The notes beneath the pieces are model-generated. The model was not told the origin of the DNA and made no database searches. It saw only the letters and a program-made list of their open reading frames with translations. Of a stretch of 64,000 bases of DNA, positions 53,843-64,000 are shown piece by piece. Each line of letters opens with the position of its first letter. The first letter of the stretch is position 1. This stretch comes from Bigelowiella natans CCMP2755 (taxonomy: Eukaryota > Protista > Cercozoa). Both the position numbers and the translations under genes were made by a program. Where the stretch lies: NCBI GenBank assembly GCA_000320545.1, contig ADNK01001985.1, forward strand, positions 29,166 through 93,165. Direction: 5' to 3'.

Positions 53843-55396
53843 CGAACGCGTATGGGTGCAGTTTTTGGTATGATTTTGTTAATCGAAAGCAGCACCGTGT
53901 GTCTTAGCTTCTCAATTGCTTTGTTTAATGCACCCTCTCTCTGCTGTGCCGCCGCTGCTGCCTCGGTCTTTATCAGAAGAATCACAAGTGAGGGAAGGAC
54001 AGAGTAAAACATTCAAAAAGGGATCACAACGGTTGATAACTACAACACTATGTTATAGAATTGTAAGGTGTCTATACCGCTACCTGTTTGCCAGAGAACG
54101 CCTCGATTTTGGCCTGATATTTCTCGCAGATTTGCTTGAGCCGCTCAACCTCCTTTGCGAGTTTTGCATTTTGCCTTTCGGTGTGGTCATATGCGGCCTA
54201 GAGAGTTAGTGTGTAAAGTTGTTGGAAGCTAGTAGAAGCTGTTTTCACAGCGGCCGGTGTTATATCCAGTATGCATATGTGTGAATAACACAACTTCTTT
54301 CGCGTCGGCAACAAACAGCACGAGATGACCGTCCAAATATTACCTTGATATCGATTGCTATTTTCTTCTCTGCCTCTCTAATTTTCATCAGCTTCCTGCG
54401 GTTATTTTCCCCCAAATAGTAATTAGTCCAATCACGGAATGCGTATATCGATGGAAATAAGAAATCTCCTGCGGAGCATCTAACCTTTGAAGTGCTTGCC
54501 GCTGATGCGCCTCCTTCTCGTAGCTTTCAGTCAACTGTCGCATCTATTTCGTGTGTCATCACTATCACCCTCATCGTCATCACCATCATCATCGTTATCA
54601 TCATCATCACCGTTATCACCTGGTCTAGTCGCTGCTCCGTCGCCTCTCTCACCCTCCCCACGCGCTCTTGAATATCGATGAGTCTCACGACAATATCTCG
54701 ATAATTGTCTTTGCCGTTGACATCACCGTTCGCGACCGTATTCATTGCAATGCTACTATTAACTTGCTGGAGGACAAGCCCTTTGCCTCCAATGCTATTT
54801 TCTCCTCCCCCCTCTGCAATTAAAGGAGGCCCCATTTCGTGGGCCGTTGTGTCATTTCCACCACGAGCTCCTCCCACCGCCTCGTCGAGTCGGTGGTGAA
54901 GAACTAAATCCAGCTGCTTCTCTAATCGCATTCGTGCTGCCTCCAATGATGCGATGAGAGGACTACTACTTGTAGCATCTTCCCCAATCGAGGTGGGAGG
55001 GGTGCGCGGCCTCTCCTCATTGCCGCTCTGGTATAATTTCTTGTCGTAGTCGTCGATGTAGTTGTCAGAGTCGCCAACCCCCTCACCATCGTGTTTCGAG
55101 GCCTGGTAATACGCTTGTCTGTTAAGCTGAATAGCCTCCAAGCGCTCCTCGAGCTCCTGCACGCGGTGCTGCATCTCTTGCAATCTGGATGATGATGATT
55201 TATCCGCAGAGTCTTGATCGAATACTGCATGTTTCGCCTGCTCCTCCTGAGATGGGAATGTCGCATCGGGACCGACCTCAAGGGCCTTCGAGCTCTTCTC
55301 GGCATCGAGCGCTTCTTCCAATTGCACAATGCGCTATTTAATTTGTGTTATGTGTTGCCATTGTTTCTTATTTAGTTACTCGGAAGAGCACAGAAG

Positions 55397-55430
<34 letters not shown>

Positions 55431-55635
55431 ATGCATCGTGGTTGTCGTCGTCGTCTTTTGGGTCGTTATCAAACCTCTGTTTCCGCCTTGCTTTCAAGTT
55501 CCAAAAATGCCAAACGGCTCTAGTGTTTAAGCGAACCATTGCGCGACAACTCAGAGGTACTACATCTCACATCGATGTCTTCGCATTTCCACTGGAGGCA
55601 GCGGGAGAAATATGATTGGACAAGACTACTACTAA

Positions 55636-55666
<31 letters not shown>

Positions 55667-56052
55667 CTGCTACTATTTCCAGCGACAGTGCCAATTGTAG
55701 TAGAATCAGCTACCTGTGCCTGCGCCTTTGCATGCTCAGACTCTCGAAGTTTCCCGCATAAATTTCGCACTTTCTAAAAGTGAGGACACAGGAAAGGAAA
55801 GGAATCGGAATCAGCATAGGCGACGTGCGCACACGAGTTCACAGGAGGTAGTTTATCGGTGTTGCTAGCATGACTTCTCCCTCCCTCCCCTTTCCCCCCC
55901 CCCCCCCCCCTCCTCCTCCTTCTAACCTGCTCTGCTTCTTCGGCCTCCTTTGCCAACATGTCAGCTCTAGCCTGAAAACAATATCAAAAGATAACTGTGC
56001 ATTCAAAAGTAGTAGTAGCAGCAGTAGTAGAGACTCTATATCCTAGGTTTCG

Positions 56053-56090
<38 letters not shown>

Positions 56091-57161
56091 TCCCGATATG
56101 ATACGATTGACAGGGCACGTTATTGTGGACTCAAGTCGCAATCAGTGGAGGTTCAAAATTTGGGAGTCTGGATCGCTCCGATTACGGTGTGACACCTCTG
56201 CTTGCAGGCGACTTCGGTCTATATCTTGCAGCTCCGATTCCACCTCATGAAGGCGCTAGTAACAATCAATCAGTAGCAGCGATGGAGATGGATCATAAGT
56301 GCCAATGATGGTGATAATGACATTAAGCTATCAGTGACACTTTTGCAACAACCACTACTACACTATTACTACTATTACTACTACTATTACTGCTACTACA
56401 ACCACAGCTTTCACAAGAACCACACCTGCGTGAGAGCATGTGCTTGCAGGTTTAGAGATCTGGCATGGGCCTGCCACATTTACGTATTACGGCATCAACT
56501 ACAAATAATCCAAAGATTGCCTTATTCGTGGTGACGCTAAACTGCACATAGAAGGCTATCACTATATTGAATGCACAAATCTTTCCCTCTTCTCTCGTCT
56601 CTCAGTTTATCATCCCGTACGTGAGACTCGGATTCTTTCTCCCGGGAGCTGTGCAGATTTCCCTCCAATTCTGTGACTTTCTGGAAAAACATCGGCAAAC
56701 AGCTATTAATGGTAGTAGTATTAGAGTGCGGTGTGGACGGAGGCGATCCTTCGGATACTGACGCAGCAAATGTTCACGTAGTGCGCGCGTATATCATCAA
56801 TCAGCAGAATGGATTTCTCCTCTCACTTCCGCCATCGCTCTCGTTTGAAGTTCCAGCGATTTTGATCGCACCTGCCCAAGCACGTACAATTGTACAAACC
56901 CGAAGAACGAGCTATCAGTGTGTGACTGCTAGCTCAGGCGCTGCATGTGCGATCGAATGAGGGAATTGCACAGCGTAAAGTGACCTGAGCCTGGGCCCTT
57001 GCTCTCTCTAAAACCTGCAGGTTTTGCTCCAATTCCTTAATGCGGTCGCGCTCCTGATTTATTTGACAGAGTGTTTTATTAAGTATCAATGATAACAATA
57101 ACAATAACAATAATAGTGGTAAAAACATCGGGTAGTAGGAGTAACTACAGCAGCAAAAGAG

Positions 57162-57232
<71 letters not shown>

Positions 57233-57643
57233 GTATGTGCGTGTTGCTTACTCTTTGCAGCAAATTCTCATAAATTTGTTTCTCTGACGCCGCAGCCCTT
57301 TGCGAGTGCTTCTCCACCTTATGCAACACCGGAAGTTCAACTTAGACATCTTTTACAGGGTATTCTACCTAAGAAAGCTTTACGATGCAATGCGAGTTCC
57401 CTCTCATTCTTCTTTATCCATAGTTTTCATAAGGCAAGCTCTGCAATCACCTGAGCTTGGTGCATGATCTGCAGCTGGATGGCGGCGGTCTTTCGACGCT
57501 CCTCTTCCACCGTGGCGAGAATCTAGCGTATTGCGAAATGTGTTGGCATTGATTGTTTTGATATCAAAGGCAGCCCACACAGCTGCATGGAACACACATA
57601 CTTGCACGCACGCACACATAAATTTATAAATATTGAATATAAT

Positions 57644-57677
<34 letters not shown>

Positions 57678-58148
57678 TGTTAATTGTGATCTTAATAACT
57701 ACCCGTTCGAGCATGTGTGAAGTAGTCGACGACTTTGTTGTGTATCGATCATTGATTTTATTCCCACCCTCACCGCTCCTCATCCTAATGATAACATAAG
57801 AGATGGAGGCGACCAGGAATCAAGAGAGCTGGGAGATCAGAAACGCTTGTAACTTAAACAACCATTTATCATCTTCTGCGATTTCTTGATTCTCGTCTTC
57901 TTCGTCCAAATTTCGATGGTTTAACATTCCTGTCCGTGGGGGGAAGGCATTGTTACTTTTCAAAGGGAGACGAAGAGATGCTAGGCCCCACCCCCCCCCC
58001 CTCCTCTCTGTGCGTGTGTGTGTATATGTATGTGTGTGTGTGTGTGCTTACTTCGAAGATGGGCCTCCATTGCCTCATGGCCTTGGATTTGCGCCTGTCA
58101 TCAGACCACAGAAAGTGAAAAATTCAAAACACATACGCACACACACAT

Positions 58149-58183
<35 letters not shown>

Positions 58184-59220
58184 TTCGCATATCGTCTCTG
58201 TTTTTCTTGCCTATTAAAGTCATGCATGCGGTTACTGTTCTTCTTCTCAGCCACCATTCCACCTGCAATCGATCGCCAACGTCCGAAAAGTACTTTACAT
58301 TCTCTGATTCTTCCGAGGGAAGGCGGGACTTTTTTGCTTGATTTAGAGCCAGCCTCTGCGAATAATAGCCGTGCTGAACAATGGTAGCATCCCCCAGGTG
58401 TTGCCCTGTTCTCCTCCCCCTCCCCCCCCTCCTTTGTTGAGCTAAAAATGAGGTTGCGGCATCTGCTGTTCGCGGTCGGCGGGAATCGAAACCCAAGTGC
58501 TCCTTCGGATGGCTCGCCTAAATCAATGTTTATGGACAAAGAGGACAGGGAGCATAGTGAGGGGATGATGAGGGGGAGATGGGTGCTTCATCTGATATAT
58601 TTGACTTACATATGTGCGTAAGTTATATGTGCATGCGTGCATTTCCATGGCTAGTTATGGTAGTAAATTACGGGTTGTTCTCGTATTCGATCCAACTCAA
58701 CCAGAAACCTTTTTGACTGCCGAAGACGGTGACAACATGGTTGATGATAAAATGGGGAGAGAAGTGAAAGCAGGCTGGTTACTAAAATGATGATACACTT
58801 CCCTACTTGCATGCGAGAAAACAATGACGTTATCAGAAATCCTTATTACGTTGACTTTCCTCTCGGAAGCTAACTTCCTCAGCCAGCGCTGGTAGTACTG
58901 GTATCTGCAAAGCAACGATTAATAACGATGGTAAGAACAACCGGAGCCGGATATTTGAACTATGGATTAAGTAGTACGCACTTTGGGGGCTCCGTTGTGC
59001 TGAAATTTGTGAAGTGACTTTGGCTCGTCTCCATACTCTGAGTTGCAGTTCTTAGAACGTAAAAAGAGGGTGGCGCAGTAAAACCAGAAACTTAGTCCTC
59101 TTCAATCATACTTGAAGTTTTCTACTCTTCTCATATGGCTGCACATGCTACATGCAACAGGGGGAGTTCTAAGTGTCTCAGTCATTCAAATCACAACCGT
59201 GATCTTCTGCCATCCGCCAT
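49898..59220 (-). CDS. Large multi-exon coiled-coil protein of unknown function
   Basis: Many E/K/Q/A-rich heptad exons: QERDRIKELEQNLQVLE, RLQEMQHRVQELEERLEAI, QIKRAQGEADKLKSDAAAERVQMDQKLESLTKK and VRKLEKVETSLRVDVTQL. Both ends are approximate. Confidence 0.7.
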
Positions 59221-59402
59221 CACTGCTGCTGGCTTATTCGCTGATACCCTTTGGACGAATCATTCCTTACGTTAGCAAATCATGAAGGCGGTCTGGTTTG
59301 AATCGTCCCTCCTCCTCCTCTTCTTCGAAGCACTAGCGCTGGGAAGTAGCAAGCTACTTGCTTACTGATCCGAATCTGGAACTGGAAGCGGGAAGGGGGG
59401 AA

Positions 59403-59457
59403 GATCTACTAGATCGGGATCTACTAGATCTACTACATGTGCTACTAGATCTACTAC
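59403..59457. repeat. Short tandem GATCTACTA repeat in a divergent promoter region
   Basis: GATCTACTA four times plus one degenerate unit. Confidence 0.7.
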
Positions 59458-59882
59458 TGCTGCTACTGTCTCGACTTAGGCAAAATCACCATAATGAAGA
59501 TTAACTTTCTCACCAGCCGGAAACATCTTGGAAAATCTGTCTGATTTGGGTTCCGAACCTGCAAGCTTTTAGGTTCCGAAACACATAGTTCGGACCAGTG
59601 TTTCTCCTCCTCGAACAGGTTCAAGAGCTTGCGCGCGCAGACGTCTCCCCCATTTAATCCTTTTGCGTTAACCGGAAACACCAGTTGCTGCCGCTTATTG
59701 TTCACGCATTTTGCAGCGTCGTCATACACTTATTTCTGGTCGATTTAAGCCACTGAGGGATTGCGCCATTGCGCGCGTCGCCGCAGTGAGAATTAAGTAT
59801 GATTTTCCGCGCATGAGACATTGCAGGCCTGTTTCCCCCCTTTTCTTAAGGTTTTCAACATTCCTATTTTTGCAGGATTGCC

Positions 59883-60576
59883 ATGAATGTCGATCGTATT
59901 TTAAGCGAAGTGAAGCGGAGTGACAAAGTTCTTTCAGGTTAATGCTGCCGCTGACGGCACGTTTAAGTGATTTATCGCTAAATCGGCAAATTTTCCATTC
60001 TATGGGAGAGATTTGGAGCCTTATTAATTATTAGACAGTGAATTTCACGTTTTTAGAGGCATAGTCGTACTTCTAATGATAACAATAATAACACAACCAA
60101 CAACACTAAAAAAGTGATGACAATCCTCATAGGCAAGGCGGAGGCCTCGAAGAGGAAGAGAGACCAGGTAGAAAATTGCCAACTAATGCGGCTGCATATT
60201 CATGCATTTTGTCTATGCTACCTTTTGTTTGTGGTATGGCGTTTGAAATCACTGATAGAGTTAGACTTCTTTCAATTGTATATTCAATAAAATGTCCCAT
60301 CCTAGCGGCAACAATTGAGTGAAATATCCGTTCTAATCATTTTACGCCTCCTTAGCTCGATGATGATGACGACGACGATAAGCCAACTCTTGACGGCAAA
60401 GGGGGGGGCAAGGATGAGCGACAGGCTAAAATGCAGAAGATTTTAGAAGAAGCTGAGGAGGTATTATTATACAATACATGAGGGGTAAACGATGAGGAGG
60501 ACGGCGAGTGATTTACAGCTTACTTCTTCTACCTTTTCATCTTAAATTTATGTTTCTCATCTCCCCCGTGTCTTCC

Positions 60577-60656
<80 letters not shown>

Positions 60657-61135
60657 ACGCACACACTTTATATTTCCATCGTATTATTTTTTCGAATATG
60701 ACTACCTGGACATCGACGATCATTAGGTTCAAGAACTCGACGCTGGTAATTGTTATTATTCAGTGTTGGAAACAGCTCGCGCACATAGAAAAAAAAGGGG
60801 GGGGGGAGGGGGGGGGGGAGGGAAGGAGTGAATGTGTATGCGTGGCAAGCCTTTTAGAGGTTAAGAATGGTGTAAAAATTGCATGCCATCGGTCCGGCTG
60901 TCGAAAGAAATATGAGGTTGTTCTCTAGCCCTAAAACAACTCCTATCCTGTTCCTTAGCGCGCCTACGGGGATTTGGTGTCACAGTTCACAAAAGCCATT
61001 GCGAAGAACATTGAGCGCAGGATGAAAATTTGTAAGCGATTTGATGCCTAACATGTAGATGATATAGTAGGAAATTGTGTGTTTCCTTGTCCTCCTGCCC
61101 TCCCCCCCTCTCCTCCTTATATACACACACATATG

Positions 61136-61173
<38 letters not shown>

Positions 61174-61243
61174 GTTATTGTTATTGTTACTGTCACTCAG
61201 TCAGAGGAGCCTGCAAAATTCCTTGACTCTGAGGTAATGGAAA

Positions 61244-61278
<35 letters not shown>

Positions 61279-61512
61279 CGATGACGATGACGATAACGAA
61301 AATTATATAGCAAATGCGCGCTATGCACTATAACATAACCACACATCACCAAATTCTTATTAGTAGTGGGGAGGGGAGGAGCAGCTGAGAAGCTTTGTCT
61401 TTGTGCATGGTTTGAAGATGAAGACTTTGTTTGATCTTATCTCACAGATGAAAGTCCATGACCTAGTGCAGGAAATGCACGCAGTTGCCGCATCTCCTGA
61501 GCTGTAATAATT

Positions 61513-61549
<37 letters not shown>

Positions 61550-61845
61550 GTGTTATCCGTAGAGACATCGATCCCAAAATTGATCATCATCATCATCATC
61601 ATCATCATTATCACCATCCAGCAACTTTTACTAATTGTACTACTACTACTACTACTATTGACAGGTTTGAAGAATTTGTGCGACTGAAGGTCGTTCCGCC
61701 GCTGCTTTCGCTGCTACCCCATGAGAACACAGGTAGAGCTTCTTCATCGCTTCATACCGTATCGATGAGTATATAAACATATAACGTGGATGATGGTGGT
61801 GAGCGATCTACATAACCAATGTTGTACTGATGAGATGTGGGTGCG

Positions 61846-61876
<31 letters not shown>

Positions 61877-62003
61877 CCCTTCCCTCCTCCTCCTCCCCCC
61901 CCTCCTCCTCCTCCTCCTCCTACCCCTCGATCATGCGCTTAGACATTTCCATAGAAGTCGTCGACCTGCTCAAAGAGTTTACGGTAAGTGTTTGCGCGCC
62001 GTA

Positions 62004-62044
<41 letters not shown>

Positions 62045-62244
62045 TATATGTGTGTGCGCGTGTGTGTATAAATCAGGAGCCAGAAGGGTACGGATACGAC
62101 CAAGACAGCCGCGACGCACTTCTTGAAGAACTAGTCACAAACGACATGATTCCGGTCATTATTGCCTTAATCTCACTCGAAATGCTAGCATTTAGACCAT
62201 CAGGAAGAGGAGGAGGGGGAGGAGTATAGTGTGAAATGGTGATA

Positions 62245-62281
<37 letters not shown>

Positions 62282-62359
62282 CGATGATGGTGTTGGTGGG
62301 TGAAGATGTGGATAAGATGATAGCATCGTACGAAAATTTGTCACCTAATGAATTTTGTG

Positions 62360-62407
<48 letters not shown>

Positions 62408-62747
62408 GCTTCTGGTGGCTAACTTGGATCGGTAGCACTATCATCACAACTTATCCCTCCTCCTCCTCCTCCTCCTCCTCCTCATCCTCATCCTCGTCCT
62501 CGTCATTCTTTTCCTCTGATACTACGACTTGATTCATCTACGACTAGTACTACAACTACTACTACTACTAGTAGTAGTAGTAGTAGTACTATTCTAATAA
62601 ACAACCACAGCAAGAACATATCAATGACTAATCAGGTTGAAGGAGGAGGAGGAGGAAGACAAACAAGCTGTACATGCAACACTCGGTAGTACTGGATGGT
62701 GTGCTAATCTTTGTTGGAGAAGTAGGAGTAGGAGGAGAAGAAGTAGC

Positions 62748-62781
<34 letters not shown>

Positions 62782-63368
62782 ATCGAATTGCTGTAATCTC
62801 ATCACCAAAGATGGTGAGTATACTGCTCGCTTCCCACTAACAAGTACTGTTTGTTGTAACAAGGTATATTCGAGAACCTGATGGAAATCGCTCCTGAAGT
62901 AGCTGTGAGAAAACTGGTGGCAGGAGACTCCAAGGTGACGATGACGACGATGATGATGCTGATGATAAATCGATATCCGAATAGAATGTTGTTGTTTACT
63001 TCGCGGTCTTTGAGTGGCGAGCAACATATACTCGCCAGAGCAAACATCGTTATTATTTGTTCTTCCTTCCCTCTCTCCTTTTGTACATGCATCATCGATC
63101 TTGATTGGTTCTCTGCTATATCTTCTGACATCTTCTTCTTTCTCATCATCTTCTTCTTCTTCACAGCTGATTGATTGGCTATTGAAGCGTTTGCGCAAGG
63201 TAAAAAACGTTGTGGCAAAGTAGTTGCTTCTAGGAAAAGAAGAAGAACAAGAAGCGCATGATGAGTTCAATCATAGGAGGGAAAGGGAGGAGGCGGGCGG
63301 GGAGGGGAGAGACTTAGTATTGCTTAGAGCTTTCTCGATGATGTAGCAAATTGGAGTTCTTCTACGTG

Positions 63369-63402
<34 letters not shown>

Positions 63403-63638
63403 TACTGTACTTTATCAAAATTAACATTTTCACATGATTACGTGCGTGGTGTTGGGCTCACACGTGTACTACTACTTCTACTACTACTACTTCTACTACT
63501 ACTACTTCTACTTCTATCACTACTCTACCACCTTTTAACCTACTACAGGGTGAATTCGATGAAAACCAGCTGTACTCCAGCGAGATCCTCTCCATGATTC
63601 TTTTGTCGCAGGATGGTGAGTGAGTGAGTTAGGAGACC

Positions 63639-63705
<67 letters not shown>

Positions 63706-64000
63706 AGTGATCGTATAAGTTTATATGGGGGATCTCGCGGGGGCACAGAGGGTTTTGTATGCATTCCCTCTCAGTCACACGCACAGGGGGGGGTGTGGCA
63801 CGAGGACAAAAGATATACGTATGAAATAGGAAGTGGGAAAGAGAGGTTATACTAATAGAGAAGTATCCACATATATCAATGTATATATATATATATGTAT
63901 ATGTGTGTGTGAGTGTTAGTGTCTCAGAGTCTGTATCGCTTCACCTAGGCCCCTTGAAAATAATTTCTCTCGACTGTAAAAGTGAAGAGGGGGGGGGGGT
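59883..64000 (+). CDS. CTNNBL1: Beta-catenin-like protein 1 (Prp19 complex spliceosomal factor); 3' end outside window
   Basis: KNIERRMK, EPAKFLDSE, LLSLLPHENTDISIEVVDLLKEFT, LLVANLDRLKE, AVHATLGIFENLMEI, WLLKRLR and FDENQLYSSEILSMIL. Confidence 0.93.

Noticed and set aside
2800-63800. Many ORFs encoding poly-CV, HT, YI, D, M, L or S tracts
   Set aside because: They are translations of intronic microsatellites or antisense shadows of real exons.
1-64000. Nucleomorph origin, or tRNA/rRNA genes
   Set aside because: Introns are mostly about 50-350 nt at moderate GC, unlike the 18-23 nt AT-rich nucleomorph introns. I recognised no tRNA or rRNA.

Overview
Intron-rich eukaryotic nuclear DNA with no prokaryotic features. 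It most likely comes from a chlorarachniophyte-type alga with a secondary green plastid. This is inferred from signal-peptide plus transit-peptide leaders on green-lineage plastid proteins (CAO, Mbb1/HCF107). I reconstructed 14 spliced genes by hand: DFR/CCR-like reductase (+, partial), plastid SAM methyltransferase (-), IMP4 (+), ankyrin TRPV-like channel (-), 7TM protein (+), Mbb1/HCF107 (-), CAO-like Rieske protein (+), Rab GTPase (+), PH-domain protein with a decayed 5' part (-), probable mitochondrial membrane protein (+), AlkB-family dioxygenase (-), GTF3C4-like (+), long coiled-coil protein (-) and CTNNBL1 (+, partial). Most short ORFs in the supplied track are intronic microsatellite artefacts. 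There are four main highlights. (1) The CAO homologue keeps an intact Rieske cluster but has lost every mononuclear-iron ligand, as expected for one half of a split, heterodimeric chlorophyll b synthase. (2) Two diverged copies of a ~300 bp repeat differ by insertions that create 4-bp palindromes (CTAG, GATC, TGCA), which points to a mutational process that could build the CTAG/GCATGC-rich tracts found downstream of gene 3' ends. (3) Gene orientation alternates almost perfectly. (4) A multi-hairpin element lies in the one spacer that breaks the alternation. Exon boundaries and family calls come from manual reading and remembered motifs, not from database searches.
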